The notes under the pieces are model-generated. The model was not told where the DNA came from. It worked only from the letters and a program-made list of their open reading frames with translations, and made no database searches. A stretch of DNA of 64,000 nucleotides from Octopus sinensis (taxonomy: Eukaryota): assembly GCF_006345805.1 (NCBI RefSeq), contig NC_042997.1:21824001-21888000 (forward strand), given 5' to 3'. Positions 54,831-64,000 of this stretch are shown one piece after another; within the stretch, counting starts at the first letter, position 1, and every line of letters starts with the position of its first letter. The translations under genes were made by a program, and so were the position numbers.

Positions 54831-55057
54831 AGGTTTATTATTAAGGAAGGAGAGGAAAATATTAGATTTATAAACCCAAAAATTCACTCCATAATTGACT
54901 ACGGGCATATGGCGTAGTGGTTAAGAGCGTGGACTACTAACCCCAAGATTCCGAGTTCGAAATTTCCCCCAAAATGAGGGCTGGAAGGCATATAAGCCGA
55001 AACGCTGTGTTAACAACAAACAAGATGAGGAAAAATATCCGTTAAATGTAAATAATG
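54578..55057. mobile_element. Inverted composite of a tRNA-headed, hammerhead-containing SINE-like element with an 11-bp TSD
   Basis: Direct repeat TTCGTTAAACT at 54567-54577 and 55058-55068. Minus HHR 54668-54713 reads GACAC-CTGATGA-A-GGCT...AGCC-GAAA-CG-TT-GTGTT. A plus-strand tRNA-like head at 54903-54960 (TGGCGTAGTGG, GAGTTCGA) is followed by a broken HHR and the same tail. Confidence 0.8.
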
Positions 55058-55189
55058 TTCGTTAAACTGTTTCTCAAACTATGACCGAGTGTAACCAAAT
55101 ACACTAGTAAGTGTTTTGGGGGCATTTGATGGTCAACATTCTCTTTTTTTTTTAAGATTGGTTTAATGCCTTAGTTTTAATTTCACTAT

Positions 55190-55920
55190 CTTTTCCATCT
55201 TGTTTATATTCTGGGCCTTTCACCATCGCTGTTCGTAATTTGTGAGGTACCCCTCACACAGATACTACGTAAAGTGACACACAGATACTTGAAAAGTGGA
55301 AGAAAATTAAATCATGTTATATATGGATGACTTAAAAACCTTTGGAAAGACCGAACATGAAATAAATGGCCCAGTTTCAACAATGCAGATATTCAGTAAG
55401 GATATTGGTATGGAATTTGGGACTAAAAGTTGTAGTATGCTTATAATACAAAACTTCAAAGTAGTGTCGTCTGATGGTGCAGAAATATTCAACGGTGAGA
55501 AAATCAAGGATATTGAGAGTGATTCGTTATAAGTATCAATAAGTATCAGGGTATTTTGGAATATGACAAAATCAAGGAAAGCAAAATGAGGGAAAACTTT
55601 AGTCGAGAAGTTTTATATATCAGAAGAACCAAATTAATTATGGGAAGTAGGCCCAATGGAAAAAACAAGACCAGGGCAATTAACACATGGGCTGTTTCCG
55701 TAATGCTATATGGCGCAGGTGTTTTTACGTGGATAAAGAACGAGCTTGATGAAATAGACAGAAAAACAAGAAAAGTGTTGATAATTAACAACGAACTACA
55801 CCCAAAAAGTAATATTGACAGTCTGCATGTACCTAGGAACAAGGGAGGAAGAGATCTCATAGGATATAAGATCTGTGTTGTCAACGAGAACAGTCTGGAA
55901 TGGTACATCAAACAGCAGAG
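55190..55920 (+). pseudogene. R4/Dong-like LINE reverse-transcriptase fragment
   Basis: YMDDLKTFGK...FSKDIGMEFG, AINTWAVSVMLYGAG, DEIDRKTRK, HPKSNIDSLHVPRNKGGR. Confidence 0.85.
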
Positions 55921-55934
55921 TTTTCAGTTGTCCT

Positions 55935-57280
55935 TCAAGTGCTTAGAACACTCCTGATAATCCTTGCTGTCCCTAAGAGACAAGCTTTCTGTAGGAGCTG
56001 TACCGGGCATTCTATTCCACTCTTCTTCAGCCATTTGTCTTTATCTTTGTCTACTGTTCCTAACGCACGAGTTATTATAGGCACGACCTTTACTGTTAGC
56101 ATGATCCAAATTCTTCCTATTTCAAATTTTAAGGGATTGTACGTTTTATGTTTTCTTCTTCTTTACGATCCTGTAATCAAACGGACATGATGGATCAGTA
56201 AGCAACTTCACTTTTCCTTATCTATAACTGTTATGTCCGGTCTATTTGTTTCTAAATTCTTGTCCGTTTGAATAGAAAAGTCCCACACAATATTACAATC
56301 CTCCGACTCCAGTCCACTTTCGACACGGAATTTGAACCATATGTTTCTAGCTTCAAATCCCCATTTCTGACAGTTTCTGACACATTCTTTTGTACAGCTG
56401 GCCCAAGGCAGTAGGCGAGAGATGCTATCACAGAAGACATGAGCGTGTCCTCAAGACTATCAATGAGACTGTCTTTAAGAGAATCAATGACAGCAGAAAA
56501 TCCCCTGTTTTAGCCAGGAAGAACGTCGTTTTAATGAGAGAAAGATGTCAAAAAAAAAGACTCAAGAAAAATCTCCGATGGCATACTAAATGTTATAAGT
56601 TAACTTGTAGAGGCAGTTATAAGGAGACTGGAGTTAACTGTGCACTGTGATGAGAGAATGGGTGAGGCGAAAGTAGGAAGAGAGCAAAATCGTGGGGAGG
56701 ACTCCCGCCTGAATAGGTAGAGGACTAAGTGTTTTGTTAGCAGAGGTATAATTTTTACAACCAGGTCGTGCCTCTATTTCTTATATTTATCCTGTGCTAA
56801 CTTGGGATATTCTTCCACAATGTATGTCACCGTCTTGCTCCAAGTTCCACAGGATCTACATTTTTCTGACATATTCTTTCCTTATATATTTTTTATTAAA
56901 TTGTTTGTTAGACTCTCTGTTTCTTTTTTAATTGTCCCTTTTTTAACCAAGTCATGAATGTTGTTCCACATACGTCGTCAGTGGCTCCCCAAAATTGTCC
57001 ACGCAGGAGTTTTTCTTCAATTTGTCTGACGTGCTTTCTTTGTATTTCATTCTTGTCCTTTTCACCCATTACACGCTTCATCACATGTTCTTTATTCACA
57101 GTCGCTAGTATTTTTTCTGTGCTGCTCTGTAAATAATCTACTAGGCTTTTTCTTTCCATCTGTACACACTCTTCTACTGCTGTTAAGCCTCTTCCACCCT
57201 GGTCTCTCCTCAAATACGGCCGGTTGATACCAGTTTTTGGATGGTGGGCTCCGTATATTGTCAACAGCTGTCTAGCTGCC
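55935..57280 (-). pseudogene. R4/Dong-like LINE 3' end (post-RT to RLE), split by the 56380-56747 insert; tail-to-tail with the 55190 fragment
   Basis: GAHHPKTGINRPYLRRDQGGRGL...EEKLLRGQFW; VWDFSIQTD...NRPDITVID; VVPIITRALG...LLQKACLLGTARIIRSVL. Confidence 0.85.
56380..56747 (+). mobile_element. Inverted ~98%-identical copy of 51988-52354, inserted into another LINE
   Basis: Reverse-complement match over ~367 bp with about six differences counted by eye. Confidence 0.85.
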
Positions 57281-57299
57281 TAGGATAAAGCCCTCACTT

Positions 57300-59110
57300 T
57301 CTACCTTTAGCCCAGATGGGTGTACTTCTGGTCTACATCAGTTTGTTTTCTACGGGCCACATAATTTGCCATGCAGCAGTTTTTGTTCCCCCCTATCAGC
57401 CAATTATTCAAGCGCAATTTGCTTTGCTATTGATTTCACCTTTGCAACTACAGTTGCTGCACTTCTCTCACGCTGTTCAACCTGGGTATTATGCATAAAC
57501 TCAGTTGAAAATGTTTTACTCTCCTTCATAACAGAATGAAGCTTCTTACATTTTTCATGGTTTTCAACGAGCTTTGGCATCCAGTCGTTAGATGTTTCAA
57601 GATATTTTGACGGTCTAACTGTGGTGATTTTCTAGTAGATTTCAAATTGGATCAATCCTCGATCTCCTTGAGCTCTGGGTAGGTAAAGACGATCTGAGTC
57701 TGCTTTGGTGGCGCATCCTTTTACAAGTCAGCAGCTTACGAATTTTCCTGTCAATCTTCCTTATTTCCCTCATATTCCAGTTCAACACATTGAAACTATA
57801 AATTACAAACGGAACTGCTAAGGAATTTATAGCTAACACCTTGTTACGTGCATTTAACTCCGATTTTAGGACTGCTCACACTCTCCTGTAACACTCCTTT
57901 TTCATTTTCTCTTTCATACTTGCATGTTGAATGCCAGAGCCCTCATTTATTCCGAGGTATTTGTAAGTTTGTTCTTGTTCGAGTTTTTTTTATGGCTGTG
58001 TCAACATTCAACACCGCTGAATGTGAGGTCTTCAGTTTCCCTTTTGGAAAGTGGCCTTGACACATTTATCAAAACCAAATTCCATCCCAATGTCATCACT
58101 GAATGCTTTCACTGTACGCTTCAAGTCTATTATTGTCTTTGCCTTAGTTTTAAGACATCCATATAAAATAGATGGCTTATTTTCTTACCGCCAATTTTTT
58201 ATCCGTACCTGTTCTGTTAAGTTTATTTGTAAGTGATATTAGGGCAATGCAGAAAATTAAAGGTGGAAGCGACTCACCTTGGAACTTACCGCGGTTGATA
58301 TTAATATTTTTGGTGGTCAGTACTCCCATTTGAGAGGTATAATTGGAGATTCGTATTTCAAATTGACATGTTGTGCTTTTGGACGTTTGAAAACAAAGGA
58401 GAAATTTTGAAGATATCCAGCGATTTCAAAATCCATGAATGCGATATGCTGTCGAAGGCCTTTTTATAATCAATCCATGCAGAACTGAGGTTTCTGCGTT
58501 TGTTTTGACAGTTTTCAAGGATCATACGATTGATTAAGAGTTGGTCTTTGCATCCATATGAGTCTCATCGACACCCTTTTTGTTCAGTGGAGAAAATATT
58601 GTTCAGTTCCATAAATTTTTTTCCAAGAGTATGGATGTTAAAATTTTATACGTGGTAGATAGACATGTTATGGGCCGATATTTTTGGGGAAATTTGGTTT
58701 CATTATTCTTCGTGAATAGGTAAGTAATACCTCTTGCTAACCAGTCAGGTGTTTTCTCATAATTACATTGAATAACTTTTCGTCTGCGCACGGAGGGAGG
58801 CGAGCCAGAAATTTGGCACCTTATCTTTACCAGATTTCCCTTTATGAGCCTTCGTCAGTGTCATCCTTAGGTCTGCTATTGTGTTGTCTTCCCATGCTTG
58901 TTCTGATAAGTTTTAGTAGGATCCTTCTGTGTATATAATCCAGTCTGCATTTTCATCGTAAACCTTTTCATTACTCCAGATATTTTCCAGTTCTCAACAT
59001 CTTCCATGGCAGCGGGGTCTTCAACGTTATTCTCCTTCCCTATTTCTCTATAGAATATTTTCGCATTGGATGTGAACAGTTTATTTTGCATTCAAACTTG
59101 CTTCTTTTCT
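57300..59110 (-). pseudogene. Decayed R4/Dong-like LINE RT region
   Basis: PDWLARGITYLF...KYRPITCLSTTYKILT, EQKGCR, KDQLLIN, WIDYKKAFDS, AINSLAVP...IDRKIRKLLT; many frameshifts. Confidence 0.8.
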
Positions 59111-59146
59111 CAAATCTTCATATTCTTTGCGATTTTGCTTGAATTT

Positions 59147-59206
59147 ATTATTATTATTATTATTGTTGTTGTTGTTGTTGTTGTTATTATTACTATTATT
59201 ATTATA

Positions 59207-59268
<62 letters not shown>

Positions 59269-59270
59269 CA
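59147..59270. repeat. (TAT)n/(TGT)n tract
   Basis: Seen directly. Confidence 0.95.
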
Positions 59271-59714
59271 TTGGTCGTATTTTTTTCTGTTTTACTCAGC
59301 AATATAGAGCAGCGCCCACGAAGTTTGTACGGCTTTTTAAATTGGTGAGATTGATGCAGTTGATGTGAATATATATAAGCGTAACACTAACGTTTATGTT
59401 GGTAGGAAGGACGTTCCATAGCGTTGATATTTCATGGAAGATGGACTTGCAATGGCTTGTGTGATCCGGAAGAGGATAAGTGATAAGATAAACAGAGATG
59501 AATATGTTGAGTACTTTCCATGGTATCATAACTTCTGGTATATGAGGATAATGTTTAATATCAACACAATGTCGCAGTGTTTCAAGGAAGAACTCAAGCG
59601 ATTTCCAGTGTTCTATTATTGATTTTTAATATAAAAACTATGCGTCAAATTTGGTAGTGCCTATGGTCGATTATATCTTCCACACTACCAAAGAATCTAG
59701 TCTAAAATACATAT

Positions 59715-59756
<42 letters not shown>

Positions 59757-61330
59757 ACCTAAGCGACTATATGATATAGAAAATTGGTTATTTTACCAAT
59801 GGTCCAATATTTCTTATCAACATAAACAAATAAGTGACAACGCTTCACAGTGGGGTATCAGTAGATAAACGAAAACCACATTAATTTATATTCTATTCTA
59901 TTTTTTTATATTACATCATATTATGTTATATTATATTTTGTATTATATATATTATATATATTATACATTGTCTAAGCAACTAAAAAATTAAGGGAAACTA
60001 TCTCGTGTTTTCAAATGTTAAACTGTCACTCAACGAGGTAATTCACCGTTTTCTTCGAGAAAGAAAATAAAACAGAGTGGTTTATTTATCTATCCCGAAG
60101 GATGAAAGGTGTCGGTGAGCCCCATGGCATTAAAACTTGGGACGTAAAAAGATGTTTTTGAGCTCCAGATCACCATTAATCAAACTATTTATAATCGAAA
60201 GTGTGATCATCTTGCACTTTTAATCCAGTTACTACATTGTACATTGTAACTTAAACTTGTAGAATATGATTTGAATGAGATTTGACTGCCATTTCTAACC
60301 GGTCGAGCAACACTGTGCAAGTTTCCCAGTGATATAGCTACATATTCCATGGTAGGTATTTAATCCACCATTCTCCAGTTTGCAGTATTCCATATATATA
60401 TGTTTCATTTAATGTGTCGTGTCTTGGTGGAAAGCGTAAAGTGTTGTTATTTCTGTTTCCAAATCTACTACAACTCAAACCTAAACAATGTCTGTACGGC
60501 TATTTCTCTTCAGAGTGAACTTCTTTGCCTCTTCCTAACCCAGATGGGAAAATATTGAAGCAGACAAAGTTAAACTCTTGAGAGGAGAGAAAAATAAATG
60601 TCACCAACTCCTTTTCGCCGAATACCTTAAACAGCGTTAAGATAATATTCACCACGCCAAGAGACAAAAAGAGAGATTTGATTACATTTCCACAGAGCCG
60701 AAGAATTGAGTTTCGAAAATCGCCGCAAAATTATTAACCAGACTGGAAATATGGATATCCATAGCCTAGTTATCTCCCATATCTTACATAGCGAATGCTA
60801 CTGATTAATTGGTGCTGTGATAAAGCTAAGTGACAAAGGAATATTTTAGCAGGTTTCAGAATGTACAAAATCCACAATTGTCAGCATTCAATCAAACCAT
60901 GTCCCATAAGTCTTGTACTGTGAAAGCGTTACAATGTAATCCGAAACTTGGACAACAAGTCTAAGAAGATATTACTCTCCAAAGAGAACATCGCATGCAT
61001 AGTCAGCATTGAGAGACAGTGAAGAATTAACTATGTTGTGCTGACCTACGTAAATAGAAACTTGGGGAATAAACATGCATCATATTAGCAGGAAGTTATA
61101 TACATAGGTATTTATACCACAAAAAAGGGGATGACGCAACAATGACAGGAATTTTGACCTCTTCTGTGTTTGTGATAGGCACGTCGCACCTCACCTAAAA
61201 AAATGTAACTTTGCAATTCAAGAACACGAAATAGATACAAAATGCTTAGTCAAAAACAGATAAGAATGCCTTCACGTTGTTATACACATTCCAGTGATGG
61301 AGCTTCGCTTCTTAATTAGCAACCAACTCT

Positions 61331-61539
61331 CTTTACTCTCTCTTTACTCTTTTACTTGTTTCAGACATTTGACTGTGGCCATGGTGGGGCACCACCTTTA
61401 GTCGAGCAAATCGACCCCAAGTCTCATTCTTTGTAAGCCTAGTACTTATTCTATCGGTCACTTTTGCGAACCGCTAAGTTACGGTGATGTAAACGCACCA
61501 GCATCGGTTGTCAAGCGATGTTGGGGGGGACAAACACAC

Positions 61540-61577
<38 letters not shown>

Positions 61578-61739
61578 GACGGGATTCTTTCAGTTTCCGT
61601 CTACCAAATCCACTCACAAGGCTTTGGTCGGCCCGAGGCTATAGTAGAAGACACTTCCCCAAGTTGCCACGCAGTGGGACTGAACCCGGAACCATGTGGT
61701 TTGTAAGCAAGCTACTTACCACACAGCCACTCCTACGTC
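61331..61739 (-). mobile_element. SINE family 1, full length
   Basis: Reverse complement of the family consensus seen elsewhere in the window. Confidence 0.9.
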
Positions 61740-64000
61740 TATAAACTCCTGCCTTTTAAAACGAATTCAAGTATTTTAAAAAATGAACAAGCACAACATA
61801 ACGCAAAAATGTAATAGGTTTCATATTAATTCCAATGTGTGAAATATTACAATCATAAACTAGATTACCCACCAAATCGTGGAATGTTACCAAGAAATAT
61901 TTCGATTTCCTTTAGTTTAAAAAAAAATAATTTACTCATTGTATATATTAATCCATAAACGATTCCACTATGTACTTATGTCATAGATGAACTTAATTTG
62001 ATGTTTCTTTCCTGTAGGCTGATAAAATCGAAAACTCTGCGCACGTACAAACAAGCCATTAATTTTAATCGATTTCGAATTAAGATATTGTATTCATTTT
62101 GAATAGATTCTTCTCTAACGCTTTGTCCAATAAAGTATTTTCGATGTTATAGTTGTTGTTATTGTTGTTGTAGGAAATATAATTGGTGGTGGTAGAGTCA
62201 GGGCGGGAGCAATGTTGTTTGTAGTAGACGTGGCAGTATCGGCGTGGTTGTTGGTAGTGGTGTTTTGCTGTCTTATTTACAAAAACAAACTAGTAAAGGT
62301 TAAAAGGAGATATGAAAAAAATATACTTACAACTTAAAATGTAAGAGGATTATTTGGTTTTTACATTGCATACGAGGAAACTACAAATCGTAATGTTTGT
62401 ATTACATACTTATATACATAGTTACACATATATATGTACATAAGCATATATGCATACACACACATGCGAACATATGCACATACATAATCATACTTATCCA
62501 ACTCTTTCTCCTTGCCAAACTTCATCAAACCTTACACATTGTGCGCATGCTCATATACTCGCACACATGCATATGTGTCTGTATATGTGTGTGCATGTGT
62601 GTGTGTGTGTATTAGTGTATACATATATGTGTGTGTATATATATATGTGTATGTATTTATATACATATATATATATATATATATACACACACATGTATGC
62701 GCATACTTATGTTCACATATGTATCTTTGCTTATATATGTTTGTGTATATGCGTGTATCCGTGTATGCGTGTATGTATGTATGCATGTATAAATACATAT
62801 ACACACGTATACACGCACACACACACACACACATGATAGTTCAAGATACACACGCACGACACAAATAATCACAATTGCCAGGATGTATACATATCCACCT
62901 TATTCTTTATTCTTTCCACTTTTCCTTGTTAATACACCTACGCGCGCTGCGCATGCACCCATGCAAACATATGAAATTATGTATAAACGTATGCATATAC
63001 ATGTATTTTTTATATTTATATATACACACACATATACATTTTTTTTTCACATTTATACACACAAACACACACACACGTGTGTAATCTTTAAGAAATGGTT
63101 CTAGCAAATTAGGTCATATAAAGTCTTAACTTCCTGGAAATATTTTATCGAATGCGAATATTTTTTACCCGAACCGATAATCAATACATCTGTGTCCTAT
63201 TTTCGGTTTATTAATTAAATAAGTAATTACTTGGCGTGATTCTAATTGTCTATTTGAAATGTTGATATATTTCTTTTTATTTCTTTCTATTGAATTTCGT
63301 TTAGAATGGTGAGACAAAAGAAAAGCGTCACTGGTTCTAATTGAGTATATGTCAGATACACATGTCCAATGTTATTTTTTTATTCCTTTCACAACCATAG
63401 CTACAGAATGGTATTTTAATCTAAGAATATAAATGGCTCGGCGTGAATAACTATTGACTTTGTAGTTAACACTCCAAGAAACATGCGAAATAGTTAATAG
63501 TAAATCGAAATATAGGAATGTACGAAGTAAAATTAGGACACAATTCAATTTAGCATCTTAGCAGCATTAATTCTTTGTGAAGACATTTCAATCAAACAGC
63601 CTGAGAAAATAACATGTGTATTTCCTGAATTAAAATGTGTTTGCTAGTTTTTGCAGTAGCCGTTATCTCTTTCGTAACACTATTTTCTCACATTGGCAAA
63701 AAGCAATGAATTGGTTGGAATGGTAAAATTGATTGAGTCGACAACAGAATATTATTGGTTCTTATTTTATTGGTCCCCGCCTCAAAATGTGACTTATATA
63801 TAGAACCTGATTGAATGTATCATTAATATTTCGGTTTCAAACCACGACCGACCAGAGTGTATTTCTAATGCATTTAGTTTTTTTTTTCTTTTATGTTGAG
63901 GAAATGTTTTGAAATATAATTTGGTTCGATTTGATAGAATAAAATTCTCTTGTATACAAAACAGGCCATGGACTGAAGTAAAAGCCAGGCAATAACAACT

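Noticed and set aside
54903-54960. Functional tRNA gene
   Set aside because: A and B boxes are present, but there is no acceptor-stem closure and it continues into repeat sequence; treated as a SINE head.
59370-59622. 62-aa ORF in less AT-rich sequence, possible transposase remnant
   Set aside because: No motif I can recognise in any frame.
62397-63107. Cluster of overlapping His/Tyr/Cys-rich ORFs
   Set aside because: Degenerate (CA/TG/TA)n low-complexity sequence.

Overview
AT-rich, repeat-dominated animal DNA, most likely an octopus genome. This is inferred from the tRNA-derived SINE families and dense (TA)n/(TACA)n/(GATA)n microsatellites and was not confirmed by search. Nearly all supplied ORFs are microsatellite or antisense artefacts, and no host gene could be identified with confidence. 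Recognisable elements are about 20 SINE copies in three families, decayed LINEs (one CR1/L2-like, several R4/Dong- and R2/NeSL-like with restriction-like endonucleases), a Penelope-like element (PLE) remnant with RT-thumb, Cys-linker and GIY-YIG motifs, and a Helentron-associated (HINE-like) element. The main unexplained signal is RNA-structural: at least seven sequence-unrelated families of type I hammerhead ribozyme (HHR) motifs, read by eye. One lies in each unit of a 495-bp x ~6.3 tandem array (retrozyme-like) whose right end falls within 1 nt of the predicted self-cleavage site. Five occur in both arms of inverted-repeat insertions, four of them simple outward-facing pairs, and one of those carries a tRNA-like Pol III head and an 11-bp target-site duplication. 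One sits inverted just upstream of the PLE remnant. All folds are manual and untested.
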